A stretch of 64,000 nt of DNA from Octopus sinensis (lineage: Eukaryota). Below the pieces are notes generated by a model, which searched no databases, had not been told where the DNA came from, and saw only the letters and a program-made list of their open reading frames with translations. Made by a program: the position numbers and the translations under genes. Numbering within the stretch: position 1 is the first letter of the stretch; the number at the start of each line of letters is the position of its first letter. This document shows, piece after piece, positions 12,798-26,630 of this stretch. The DNA lies in assembly GCF_006345805.1 (NCBI RefSeq), contig NC_043018.1:13888001-13952000 (forward strand). The letters are read 5' to 3'.

Positions 12798-13756
12798 GCT
12801 GAAGCAATATATATATATACACACTCATAGAATATGCAGTAAAATAGAATTCTCATCTGTCTTTTTCAAACACGTGTAGTATATCAAAACATACTCTGCA
12901 GTGAATTTTTGATCAAGATTAAATTTTTCAAATATTAATCATAATAAAAGGTAATCATCATTAATTACTTTACCAAGGGGGTTTAGCGTGGAAATAAAAA
13001 TCTTATAGGTAAATTTTACAATTATTTTGATAATTATATACATAATTATAACAAGGAATTGGCCATAGGTCTCTCACGCGCTAGAAAAATAGACGCCTAA
13101 ATATGCTAATACCACCTAAAAAACTCCGAAAAATAAAACACGGGCTGTAGTCGGGCAAAAGAAAGATAATTGATTAAATTTTTGGTGAACCGTGTATAAG
13201 ATCCGGTTTTAAGATTAAACCAAAAAAAAATTTCCTGTTCTTATCAGCAACGATATTCCATAGTATGAAACGATGAGTATCTACGCATACGTATACGAGC
13301 AGTGACTTCGTACAGCAATATATATACACACACTCGTAGAAATATATAGTAAAGTAGAATTATTATCTCTCTTTTACAACCACGCTTAGTATATCAAAAT
13401 ATACGTGTGTGTAGATACTCGTCAATATATACTATGGAATGTCGTTGCTGTTGAGAGCAGTAAGTAGAATCTTTTTTACTTTAAGTTCTTAAGGTGGTAA
13501 TAGCGTCTTTAGGCGTCTATTTTTCTAGCACGTGGCGTGGCTTATAGTCATTCCTGTGTTATACTTATGTATATAATTATTAATATATATATATATATAT
13601 ATATATATAGTAAAAGCAATTCAGATTCAAGTGAGTTCTATTGAATTCACTTGAATGCAGTACTTAACTTAGATGCACCAGAAAAGTATATGGTATTAAC
13701 CATACAATAATGTGGGGTGATTATAAACAAGAAAAAAGCAACAAGAATGGATTAGT

Positions 13757-13848
13757 TTTTCGGTACAATTGTTTCATACGAAGACCAGCTTTATTAGAAG
13801 CTGCAAATATTGCAGCAAATACAAGTGTCCCATACTCATCAGCCAAAA
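13757..13848 (-). ncRNA. Type-I hammerhead ribozyme with an expanded 50-nt loop II
   Basis: Minus strand: ttttgg-CTGATGA-gtatg..(50 nt)..cgtat-GAAA-caattg-TA-ccgaaa. Stem II has G-U pairs consistent with decay of gtacg/cgtac; internal 7-bp hairpin at 13800-13816. Confidence 0.72.
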
Positions 13849-13911
13849 CACATATGAGTTCTCCAAGCATCCTAGTGGGTGAGGCTAGACTAATGAAGTA
13901 TGGTTATATAT

Positions 13912-13944
<33 letters not shown>

Positions 13945-14070
13945 AAGGTTATGAGAGGTAATGGTGTCAAGAAGACCGAAAGGTGTCAGGTAACGCTGAG
14001 TAAGTGCTAGGGACAGACTATAGTTAAGCTCCAGGTTCGGTAATTATGCGAATGAGGAGTCCATATAAAA

Positions 14071-14189
14071 AAATTAACAGAATGAGATAAAAAAAAACCA
14101 AGGCTGTAAAGATTTCAGAACATTTATAAATATTTATAAATGTTCTGAAATATTTACAGCCTTGGATTTTTATCTCATTCTGTTAATTT
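14071..14189. repeat. Near-perfect loopless palindrome with ~60-bp arms
   Basis: Centre at 14131/14132; one substitution and an A-run difference. Confidence 0.95.
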
Positions 14190-14196
14190 AATATAT

Positions 14197-14591
14197 GAGT
14201 AGCTGTGTGGTAAGTAGTTTGCTTACTAACCGCATGGTTCCGGGTTCAGTCCCACTGCGTGGCACCTTGGGCAAGTGTCTTCTACTATAGCCTCGGGCCG
14301 ACCATAGCCTTGTGAGTGGATTTTGTAGACGCAAGCTGAAAGAAGCCCGTCGTATATATATATGTACGTTTGTGTATATGCTTATGTGCCTGTGTTTTAC
14401 CCCATAACATCCCTTGACATCAGATTCTGGTGTGTTTACGTCCTCGTAACTTAGTGGTTCGGCCTAAGAGACCGATAGAATAAGTACTAGGCTTACAAAG
14501 AATAAGTCCTGGTGGTCGATTTGCTCGACTTAAGGCGGTGCTCTAGCATGGCCGCAGTCAAATGACTGAAACAAGTAAAAGAGTAAAAGAG
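14197..14591 (+). mobile_element. SINE family A, near full length
   Basis: Head tagctgtgtggtaag...gggttcagtcccactgcgtggcacc; tail taaggcggtgctctagcatggccgcagtcaaatgactgaaacaagtaaaagagtaaaagag. Confidence 0.9.
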
Positions 14592-15387
14592 TTAGAATAA
14601 GTATCAAACCTAAAATAAAGTCCTGGCGTCGATTCAATTGATTGAAATTTTTTAAGGCGGGCGGTGCTCCAGCATGACCGCAGTCTAATGACTGAAATGA
14701 TCACAAAATAACAGGTGAAAGGTAAAAGGTGAAACAATTGTTTGAACTCCTACTTAAAGCTCGAGATACAATAAGTAAATAAATAAATAAATTGATCAAC
14801 CTTCTGTGAATTTGGACGTTTTCTGCTGTTATTGCGATAATATTTATACTTTTAATAGTAATTTATTATTTTTTTATATAGGGGTCTTGTGCTCATTTGG
14901 TAAGGAGTGAATGAGAATAAATTCAGAAAAAACTGTAACCAAATTACAAAAGGAAAACTGTAAGAAAAAAATATTTTGTTACAAGTGATAACCCAGAAAA
15001 CTCAAGAAACCGGAAAAATATAATAAAACGAACGAAATAAAATCGTAAAGTGGAAAAGAAAAGGTCGAATCTATTAAGTAGTAGAATGTTAGCAATACAC
15101 TAAAAATATCAAGGAAATTTTGATGGAAATCTATAATTTACTAAAAAGATAAATAAATTTTACAATGCTGACATTTACTTCAAATTTACGTATTTTGAAC
15201 TTTTTATACTTAAGTTTTCTTTTTATTGTTTTTAGTTCTCTACTTTTTTCTCTCCTTCCTTCGCCAGTTCAGTATAATATTGATACTTTATTTGATTTCA
15301 TATATTCCGTTTAAAGAAAGTGGGTTATAGATATATGTGTATATGTTTATATGTGCTGTGCCTATGTCTGTGTGTATGTACAATCAT

Positions 15388-15428
<41 letters not shown>

Positions 15429-15856
15429 CACACACACATATATATATATATACACACACACATATATATATATATAACGTAAAGTATACTAGCCATCTCA
15501 ATAAGGCTAACCAATAAGGGTGGGTGTTACTGCAGCTTTTAGCCCCAGGAGATCATCGTCTCCAGCTGGCTTTAGGCACACTTTCTGTTTCCCTTATGGT
15601 ATTTGCAAAGGGAGGTCATCCCTCTCTCGTAAACCTAAGTGATACGCACGGACTGCAGTTTCGAGGTATTTGCCTCTTGTCAACGTACGGCAATCACCGG
15701 TTTTCGATGAGGGGACCTGTTTGTAAATATCTATTTAATGTTTCTCCCAGTAACTTCCGTCACTGATTTCGAAAAACTGTCTGCAAGCAATAATAAATCT
15801 CTGAACGAGATGTAAACAGTAACCGCTCGACAACGTAAAGTATACTAGCCATCTCA

Positions 15857-16136
15857 TTGCCCCATCTGATTATCATATATTCCGCAGTTTTCAAAATCAT
15901 TTGGAAGGGAAAAATATGAATTCTGTAGACGAAGTCAGAACAATAGTGGAGGAGTATATTTCGTCATGGACATGTAAATTTTGGAAGAGGGGGTCTTGCA
16001 AGTCAACCAGATAGAGGGAAGATCTTTGTAGAAAATCCAGGGGTGTATATTTTATGTGAAAAAAGAACTTTGTTTTATCTTAATTTTGAAAAATAAGTGT
16101 ATAAGAAAAACGCATTATTTATGGGATAACTCAATA
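15857..16136 (+). mobile_element. mariner 3' end with right TIR
   Basis: IAPSDYHIFRSFQNHLEGKNMNSVDEVR (D3 region); ends gcattattttatgggataactcaata, similar to the TIR at 60655-60680. Confidence 0.8.
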
Positions 16137-16401
16137 TATGAATATATATATATATATATATGTACATACATATATATGTATATATATATATATATATATA
16201 TACATATGTATATATTTATGTATACATTTTAAAAAGGATAAGTGACAAGATATTCCATTATAGAGTTGACAAGTTTATTTATTCAAGAATAAAAGGAAAT
16301 AATACACTATTTCTAGAAAATTAATCCTTTTATTCAAGATTTTTTTTTGTATTTTAAATCTGACGAAACCTTAGATATTCTAAAACAGTTAATGTGAACA
16401 A

Positions 16402-16501
16402 NNNNNNNNNNNNNNNNNNNNNNNNNNNNNNNNNNNNNNNNNNNNNNNNNNNNNNNNNNNNNNNNNNNNNNNNNNNNNNNNNNNNNNNNNNNNNNNNNNN
16501 N
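16402..16501. other. Assembly gap (100 N)
   Basis: Run of n. Confidence 1.
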
Positions 16502-16520
16502 TGCATGTATTTTATATATG

Positions 16521-16561
<41 letters not shown>

Positions 16562-16567
16562 TATATA

Positions 16568-16600
<33 letters not shown>

Positions 16601-16915
16601 TATATTATATATATACATATATATATATATATATCAAATGCAAGACATACAAGTTGAAATATACTTATACGTGTATTACATACCCGCAGTTATATGCATA
16701 AATTTTATTTTCATGTTGTAATATATATATATATATAAAAATGTATATATATATATATATATTATATAATGTATATATATACATAAATGTATATATATAT
16801 AAATGTATATATATATATATATATTGATAATGTATATATATATAAATGTATATATATTATATATATATAAAAGTATATATATATATTAAATATATAGTAT
16901 TATATATATTATACA

Positions 16916-16946
<31 letters not shown>

Positions 16947-16976
16947 AATGCATATATCTATATATATATTATATAA

Positions 16977-17013
<37 letters not shown>

Positions 17014-17309
17014 TATATATTTATTTAGTTATTTATAGCCCACATATTTATACATACACAGTCATTCCATTGCGAGAAAATTAAATATACATATTAGTTT
17101 CTTCGTAATATATGTTCCGCATGACGATGCCTATGGTAAACAAATTAGTTTGCGAGCGAAAAATATTGTCATACTAGCAGCAAGTTATTGAGGCTTGTGT
17201 TTGTATATGTGTATATTTTTGCTTATATGTATGCGTGTGTATATATATATAAATGTGTGTGTGAGTAGAGAGAGAGAGAGAGAGAAAGATATACGTATAT
17301 AGATATATC

Positions 17310-17380
<71 letters not shown>

Positions 17381-17746
17381 TACATCATACATACATGTGA
17401 TTTGTGGTATATATATATATATATATACACATACATGTGACTATGTGTGTGTGTGTGTGTGCAGGTAGATAAGGACAAATTCATAGCTCTATAATTTGGA
17501 TATTCCTCCTGGAAATGTCTCCGAGTCTTCTATGCACGTTGTCTGTCATTCGATTTGAAGACCTTAGAATAAAATATGGCGGTTTGGGGATGTAACGCCA
17601 ATTAGATCCTTAATAATTGACTTGGAAACATGACGATAATGTGGAACCGGTTGTATATAGCAAAATACAATACAAGGAAAAAAAACAGAAAACTGAAAGA
17701 ATATATTGGTGTTTTGGCATTTCGTCGTATTATTCTGTAAAAAGAG

Positions 17747-18197
17747 AAGGCAGCGAGCTGGCACAGCGGTTAGCTCGCCGGGCAAAATGCTTACTGGCAT
17801 TTCATCCATCTATAAGTTCCGTGTTCATATTCCACTGGGGTCGACCTTGCCTTTCAACTATTCTGGTTCGATAAGATAAGTAACTGTTGAGAAGGTGACA
17901 TGTTGGCAGAAACGTTTGCACGCCGGGCGAAATGCTTAGCGGGCTTTCTGAGTTCAAATTCCGCCGCGGTCGACGTTGCCTTTCATCCTTTCGGGGTCGA
18001 TTAAATAAGTACCAGTTACACACTGGGGTCGATATAATCGACTTAATCCGTTTGTCTGTCCTTGCTTGTCCTCTCTGTGTTTAGCCCCTTGTGGGTAGTA
18101 AAGAAATAGGTATTTCTTCTGCCGCTACGTTGTGAGTTCAAATTTCCTCGAGGACGATTTTGCCTTTCACCCTTTCGGGGTCGATAAATTAAGTATC
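17747..18197 (+). mobile_element. SINE family B tandem cluster (3-4 partial units)
   Basis: Repeated heads and gcctttcatcctttcggggtcgat...aagtaccag cores. Confidence 0.85.
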
Positions 18198-18204
18198 AGT
18201 CGGT

Positions 18205-19500
18205 CGTTCGGGGGAACGGATTTTAATCAGAGACGTTCTGCATTGAGTGTTCGGTCCGCTAACAATGCAACCTCTCCTTTCTCCTTTATGTTCTGGCCCT
18301 AGAGAGGCAGATCGATGTCGCTCAACAATGTCGTGGGACGTTGGACGGACGGCCCAGTGAAGTTGATAGGGGTCTGGTTTCGACCAGACCTCCAGATAGA
18401 GAGAAACTGGAGCGTGGTTACGAGCAGGGTGGCCTATCTCACCGATTATGGTCTGGGATGGAGCTATCCCTGAAAGGAAAGGCGGAGGTGGCAAATGAGT
18501 TCATCGCATCGGTCATCATTTACTGCTTAACCGTCGTGCCTATATAGATTCGTGGCCGCTCAGGCTGGAACGCCTGCTCTTTTGCTTTTGAGGAGAGGCA
18601 GGAAAGTACTGGTCAGACGCTCTATCTGCTGTGAACTGCCACTAAACTTGGTGTGTGTGTGGGGGGGGACGCCTTGGCTAAGAATGCGCAGGTGTGCAGT
18701 GAGGCTGAGACATCTCTAACTCTACGTAGACGGTGAGTAGAAGTGGTCGCCGTTCGTTGAGCTTGTTTTCCCACAGCTCGCCTCCTTTAGTGAGCTGGAC
18801 CCGGGGATCAGACGTAGACCTAGGTTGGGTGCTTGGCAAGCGAATTGCCATCAGGCTCCCTCGCTTCTCTCCCAGACGAGAAATGCGAGCGGCGGGGGTT
18901 CCACCTCGTCCTTCTATAGAGTATTGGTAGCGGGCATATGTTAAGACGTCCTAAGGAAAACTCTGGGTGTTGATGACTATCAATTTGCTGGTCTGTTCCG
19001 GAGGACTTTCTGACTCGGACCTATGAATAACTATCACAAATCCCCGGCCTGGCAGTGCTACCGAAGAGCATTTCCTGCTCGAGACAAACCTTTTAGACAC
19101 AGTAGTTCTACTACGGCAACGTGGCCGAGATGCGAGCGATCGGACAGTGCCCGCGGATGTCAGAGCTATGAGTTTACGTCGAACACCTGCTGTCACGCAT
19201 AGAAGGGGTACAACTGTCAACCGAGTCCATTATCAAGATCGTCCACCGCCTTCTCTCAACAAGGAAACGCAGGCAACTTTTCTCTGTTTAGTGGCTATCG
19301 CAAAAGTGGTCGTATGGCTGACACTTGTGAAAAGAATCGCTACAGGTAGCTTTCTCTCCATCCTTGGTTTGATAAACCATTTTAAACTGTAACTAAAAAG
19401 GAAAATAGGGATGGAAAGATAGTACCTCCCACTGCGAAATTTTGCAGTAAGATGGATGATAGTGGTGGGTTTGATGAGCATGAATGACACAAGTTGGGCG
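18205..19500 (+). mobile_element. Tx1/L1-clade LINE ORF2 3' remnant, internally deleted
   Basis: SVR*QCNLSFLLYVLALE (motif B), WTDGPVKLIGVWFRPDLQIERNW, LSLKGKAEVANEFIASVIIY, AWQCYRRAFPARDK..WPRCERSD..QCP (decayed Zn knuckle), LKRKIGMER..FAVRW. Confidence 0.85.
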
Positions 19501-20596
19501 CGAACATCTACAGAAAAAGAGGAAAGTGATCAATGATGGTATGTGGCTTGTGGGATCCCTACATCCCCCACTTATTTCTTGTTAATCATACGCTATCCAC
19601 ACTTTTTCATCAATTCTAATCCATACATCACACACATGTTTTATCATACGTCATCGGTTTGTCTGTCCTCTGCTGTCCATTCTACGTATAACCTCTCTAG
19701 CGTTAATGAAAATAAATGCCTTATTAATTAACACACTCACCGGTCGCTTTCCACTCATTTACTTATTATTTCTAGTCGAATTATTGGAGAGGTTGCTTCA
19801 TATACACAACGATATACACACCTACGGTTGTAAATAGTCACAGTCGATCACACAAACTAGCAAAACCATGAACATTTCGTGAATTTTCTACGCATATATA
19901 TCTATATCCATGTATATTAGAATTTTTTTTTTTTATTCCCTGTTACGGTGTTTTACTATTTTCTTATCAGCATTCTATGTTTCTGTATCAATATCAATGT
20001 TTCGAAAAGACTTGATTAAACGTGAAAACATTGCGCAGAATATTTCCTGGTTTCATAGAATGAGTTTCACACCAATGGCTGTTAAGTCTAAGTTTTGAAA
20101 CCGGCAAACGAAAACATGTTCCACACATATATATATATATATGTATGTATGTATATATATAAATGAGGATTTTATGATTCTTCCACAAATGAAAAATGGT
20201 AAAAATGTAAGCCAGTCGAAAATTGTCATAGAGAAGATAAGACCATAAATAGTATAGACATTTTGCTAGTGACGTGCTGAATGTAATCTTATTATATTTA
20301 ATGAAGTGTGAAGTATTGATAGGGTTCTAGCAAACAGATTTGATTAAAAGTGTTGTTGTAGGCGTATGAGCGGCCTCTCTGTACATACTTACGTATCTAT
20401 ATATACGTATATTTATATGAGTAAATATATATATATATATATTCGCAAACATATATACATGTACCTCTATAATTATACAGATGCATTTATATGTATACAA
20501 ATATACACACATACATATATATATAATATATATTATATATATAATATATATATCTGAATATATATATATATTATATACTACATAGATACATAGATA

Positions 20597-20648
<52 letters not shown>

Positions 20649-20679
20649 ATATATATGTATATATATATGTAATATAATA

Positions 20680-20739
<60 letters not shown>

Positions 20740-21199
20740 ATATACACACATATTTGTATATATACATACATACATATTGGTCTGATGTTTGAGTGGTCAG
20801 AGAGACTGCTAACTATTCTACTTCTCTACGCCTTGAGTTCAAATCCACTGAAGACAACTTTGTCCTTCATTCTGTCGATTCCAATAAATAAAGCCATTTT
20901 CCTGTAATATCCTCTGTTTCTTTCTCACTCATTCTTCCTCTGCGTCTCGCATTCTTCTGAAAGGAACCAGGAGCAGGAGTCAGAACATGAAACGTTTAAG
21001 AGAATAAGCTCAAACATGCCTATGTTATGGCGGCACCCATACGTGACCATCAAGTAATAGAGGGTTGAAAATGTTTATTCTTTATAATTTTGGTACAAGC
21101 CCAGCTACTTTGAGGGGAGGGGCATGTCGATTACATGGACTACTGTACGTTGGCCTCTGTAGAAAGTGAACACAGAAACTAAACATCTGGAAATAATAC

Positions 21200-21318
21200 C
21201 TATTTCTTTACTGCCCACAAGGGGCTAAACATAGAGAGGACAAACAAGGACAGACAAAGGGATTAAGTCGATTACATCGACCCCAGTGCGCAAATGGTAC
21301 TTAATTTATCGACCCTTC
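21200..21318 (-). mobile_element. SINE family B 3' fragment with ~19-bp TSD
   Basis: aaacatc(t/c)ggaaataatac at 21181-21199 and 21319-21337. Confidence 0.75.
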
Positions 21319-22049
21319 AAACATCCGGAAATAATACTGTCAACCATTTTGTCAGACGCGCTAAGCATTCTATTAGCTCCCACCCTTTTATCTGAACAAC
21401 ATATTGGTAAAAGGCCAGGGGTATTAGGGGAATGTGTGACTGTTTATCTTGGTCACAGAAATTCATTGGGTACTTGTTTCTCGCCCTGAAACTTTTTAAA
21501 AGCAGAGGCAAATTTTATCGCGGCTGACTTTGTGTACAGATCATAACGAACCGCAGAAATGATGTTAGGCCTTTTGTCAGACAAAGTAACCACACTGCAA
21601 GCAGGAGGCTCTCTAATCTGTGTGTGTGTGTGTGCGCATGCGTGTGAGTGTGTGTGTTTGTGTACGTTTCTATGTGCGTGTATGTATGCGCGTATGTGCG
21701 TATGTATGTGTGTTTATATACATATGTACGTATATTTATATATCTACATATGTATACCCACACACACATACATACATACATACACACATACATACACACA
21801 CATTTATAGAAGCATATACATCAAAAGATATATATAGACATATATACATGTAGATATACAGATGAAGATTGTATGCGGAGCGCCTCTGCTGAACTAATGT
21901 GTTCAGGTCAATGTAGAATTAATCCTGCTTTAGACGGCTTCTTTAATATTTTACAAGATTGTTGTCACTCAAGGAAGCGATAACCCAACTCTGCCGGGGA
22001 TGGTTATTATTTATTTAATAAGCATTATGAGAGCATGGGTACGTATGCG

Positions 22050-22104
<55 letters not shown>

Positions 22105-22166
22105 GTGTGTGTATTATATATATAGATACATATGCACATATAAATATACATATATATACATATACA

Positions 22167-22213
<47 letters not shown>

Positions 22214-22419
22214 GTGTGTGTGTATGTATATATATACATATATATACATATACATATATATATATATGTATACATATATATACATATATATACACATACT
22301 TAAATACATATATACACATATATATTATGTTTGTATATACATATAATATATTTATATATATATATACAAATATATTTGTATTTATTCATACTCACACACA
22401 CATACATACACACACACAC

Positions 22420-22472
<53 letters not shown>

Positions 22473-22527
22473 CACACAAATACACATCTTTTGAATTTCT
22501 GTTCTTACAAACTATCTATATATGTAC

Positions 22528-22558
<31 letters not shown>

Positions 22559-23805
22559 TGTATGTATGTATGTATGTATGTATGTATGTGAGGGGAGGCA
22601 GAGAGGGAGGCAGAGAGGGAGGCAGAGAGGACGAGTGTTCGCGTGTGTGTCTGAAGGGAAACGCAGTCAACGAATGCGATATTAATTGTGACACGAGGGT
22701 AATAAATTCTTGAAATATATGGACGTGATTGTCTGAGTCGGTACTGTTGTGTGTTAGTGCGTATGTGTGACTGTGTGTTAGTGCCTATGTATGTCTGTGT
22801 GTTAGTGCGTACGTGCGGCTGTGCGAGTTTGTGTGCGCTATTGCGTGTATTCGAAATAGAATTACCGTTATATCGATCATCTAATATGAATATCTATTCG
22901 GACAGTCACAAAAGGGAGGTTGTTGTCGTTTATTACAATGATTATTTTATCTTCACATTTCCGAGTGAAGTCCTCAGTTAATTGAACCGACACCTAAACA
23001 AAGTTTCGATACTTATTTCATTAAATCTGCATCAGACCCCGAAAACAAAGGCCAACGGTAAATGATGCTACCGACACAATTTGAAATTCCAATGCAGATG
23101 TGTTGCGATGAATGCTCTTTTCTTCTTCTCATTTTCTTTTATTTTTCTGTTGTTTTTGTTATCAGTTGTCCCTGCGCCGCCGCCTCCCCAACATTCGCAA
23201 TTGTCGTTCGATCTTTTAGCAACCAGAATTTAATCATTGACAATGAAGAGCTAAGGCCACGCATGATCAGAACCAGGCACCATTGTGCGTTATACATCAT
23301 GTGGATTACTTCAGTGAATAATCTGGCTGTTTTCCTTCAATTCTTATTCCCTTTTGACATCAAGTCCGTCTGTCTGTCTGTATGTATGCATACATGTATA
23401 TACGTATGCATGTACACTCAATTACATACACACACACACACACTCATAATCTGATTGGAGCTAGTAACACGAAACTCCAGTTTAATGTAATACAAAGAGA
23501 CATAAATTCATTTAAAAACATGTGTAAATGTATATTTGTCTGTCTATCTCTCTATTTTTCTATTTATCTATGTATCTATGTATATATATATATATATAAA
23601 ATACAAATTGGGACAAGAACGCAAAACATCCAGACAACTAAGTGATACAAAAAGGGGACAACAAAACATCCAGATAGACGATACAAAGAAAACAAGGACG
23701 GGTCATTCGAAGTTTTCTATCTTCAGTCAAGAACCAGATTATCCTTACAATTTCGGCTGATTATTTTTGAGATTGCTCTAATTTGGCCAGCCCCAAGGAA
23801 AAACG

Positions 23806-23895
<90 letters not shown>

Positions 23896-23959
23896 GTCTG
23901 TTTGTCTGTATGTCTGTCTGTCCATGTATCCATCAATAAATCAGTTTATATACTCATCT

Positions 23960-24200
23960 ATGGGCATAGGTATGTGGCTAAGAATCTCGCTTTGCCGCCA
24001 GGTGGCAGCTCATGAAAGTGTCTTCAGCTACAGTTCCGGACTGACCAATGTTTTCTGGGCGAATTTGTGTGCATGTTTTTGTGTTTGTGTTTTCATCACC
24101 ACTTGACAAACGGTGTTGGTTTGTTGAAGTCCCTGTAACTTATTGGTTCGAAAATCGTCACCGATAGATTAAGTACTTATCGATTTATTTGACTAAACCT
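23960..24200 (+). mobile_element. SINE family A, old diverged copy with an internal deletion
   Basis: ggcataggtatgtggctaagaa...aagtgtcttc...cttgacaaacggtgttggt...aagtac. Confidence 0.55.
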
Positions 24201-24261
24201 TTCAAGAATACGCTCCAGATTAGCCATAGTCCAACAAGTTAAAGGATATATATGTATCCTT

Positions 24262-24297
<36 letters not shown>

Positions 24298-24344
24298 GGA
24301 GTGTGTGTGTGTGTGTGTGTGTGTGGATAAAAGAGAGAGAAGAT

Positions 24345-24352
24345 AGACAGGC

Positions 24353-24417
<65 letters not shown>

Positions 24418-24441
24418 GAGAGATAGATAGATAGGTCGATG

Positions 24442-24494
<53 letters not shown>

Positions 24495-24504
24495 GTAGAT
24501 GGAT

Positions 24505-24589
<85 letters not shown>

Positions 24590-24590
24590 T
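24345..24590. repeat. (GATA)n microsatellite
   Basis: Direct reading. Confidence 0.95.
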
Positions 24591-25110
24591 TCCTTTCTGT
24601 TGTTTTTCTCTCAAAAGCAGACAGAAGAGCGCTGAGGATCTTCGTGGTTAGCTAGTTGGTGGTTGAGTGAGTTGTCTTCGTCACATCACTGACCATCGAA
24701 CTAACATTTCGAAATATTTATCAATGATCGTTGTTATTAGATACGCGGAAACCTTTATGTTTGTCGCCTTTCACATTGTATTGCAGTGAACACGCAGAAG
24801 CAGGAAGCGTGAAGTTATAAAGCCAATGTTAATCTGACAAGGAAATGATATGAAAAGAACCGTTTTTGTTTTTTCCTTTCTTCTTCACAAAAATAACAAG
24901 AACATAAAACATACAACGAAATATAATAAAAGAAGAACCTGAACAAAAATCGTTCGAAGCGAAAACAAAATGGATTCCACACGTGATTGACTATTCCGGA
25001 TTTTGCAAATCATTTCACCTGATGCTATTGTTTAAATGTTCTGTGATGTGAACCACATAGGTGGCGTTTAGGTCGTAAAACTGCGAAGAATTAATTTTTG
25101 CTTTCTGTGA

Positions 25111-25201
<91 letters not shown>

Positions 25202-25655
25202 CATATGTCTGTCTGTCTGTCTATCTATGTGCTATTTCTACCTACCAGTCAATCAATATCCTTTTCTCACTTTCCCTTGGAATATACACACATACACATG
25301 TATATAGTCATATGTATGTATGTATATATTTATGTATGTATGTATGTATGTATGTATGTATGTATGCATGTATGTATGTATGTATGTATGCATATATATA
25401 TATAAACGTATGTATTCTGTAGGCATATACATGCGTACTCACACACACACATATACACACAGACACACGCACATATATATGCAGACATAGACAGACAGAC
25501 ACACACACACAGACCTAAGATTGTAATACTTGCATACACCCAAAAGAACTGATAGCAGAATAAAGTATTCATTTAGAGCATCAAATTCTATGGTTCCATT
25601 GCAGAAACTCTAAATGGTAAAAGGCGATGCAAAAAGAAAATTACTTCACATTGGC

Positions 25656-25990
25656 AGAAGCGTGGCTTTATGGTAAGAGATTTCATTCCAAACTACATGA
25701 TCCCGGGTTCAGACCCACTGCGTGGCCCCTTAGATAGGTGTCTTCTATTATAACTCCGGGGATTTCGTTGACGGAAACAGGAAGAAGCCCATGATATATA
25801 CACTTATAAATATGCACTTATACGTGTGTGACTATGTTTCACTGCTTCATATCAGGTGTTGTTTTGTTTATATTCATGCAACTTAGCGGTTTAGCAACCT
25901 GTAGAATAAATACCAGACTTAAAAGAAAGAGAAATTTTGGGTCGATTCTTTCCATTAAAACCATTTAAGGCGGTTCTTGAGCATGGCTGC
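25656..25990 (+). mobile_element. SINE family A, diverged
   Basis: Head and tail motifs as in the 14197 copy. Confidence 0.7.
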
Positions 25991-26189
25991 AGTTCAATAA
26001 GTGGAAAAATTAGGGAGTATAAAGATGGAAAATATTTGGGGAGAAGGCAACGAAGAAAAATATTGTAGTACTGTGTGAAAAGGCGAAAAGCTAATAGTAG
26101 GGCTAAATGCAGGGCGAAAATCTAATAGTAACGAACATTTGATTGCAGCCCAACATCAAAGTCATCATATTATTAGTCTTAAATTTTAG

Positions 26190-26630
26190 TACAAAGCCAG
26201 CAGTTTCGAGTGACGGGTAAGTTGAATACTTTGTCCCTAGTGCTTGAACGGATATTTAATTTATCAACCTCGAAAGGAAAGAAAAATAAAAAAAGGCCGA
26301 AGTCGATCACGGTAGGGTTTGAACTTAGAACGTAAAGAGAGACGAAATTCCGCAAAGCATTTTGCCCGGCGTGCTAACTATTCTCCACACCACGCCACCG
26401 GAAGTCACCATGTCCTGTTCTACTCCAGGCATAAGGCCCGGAATTTTTTTTTATTTTGAGGTGGAGAACCAGTCGATCACATCAACTCCAGTACGCAACT
26501 GGTATTTAATTATCGACCCTGAAATGTTGAAAGAGAAAGTCGACCTCGGCGGGATTTGAACTCAGAACGTAAAAACGGACGAAATGCCGCTAAGCATTTC
26601 CCCATCGTGCTAACGATTATCCCAGCTTGT
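26190..26630 (-). mobile_element. Two diverged SINE family B copies
   Basis: aaagtcgacctcggcgggatttgaactcagaacgt motifs. Confidence 0.7.

Noticed and set aside
16358-16401. CTGACGA plus a small hairpin before the gap
   Set aside because: Truncated by Ns; cannot be evaluated.
23062-23454. 130-aa ORF with a polypyrimidine tract and AG
   Set aside because: No motif; the ORF ends in microsatellite; cannot support an exon.
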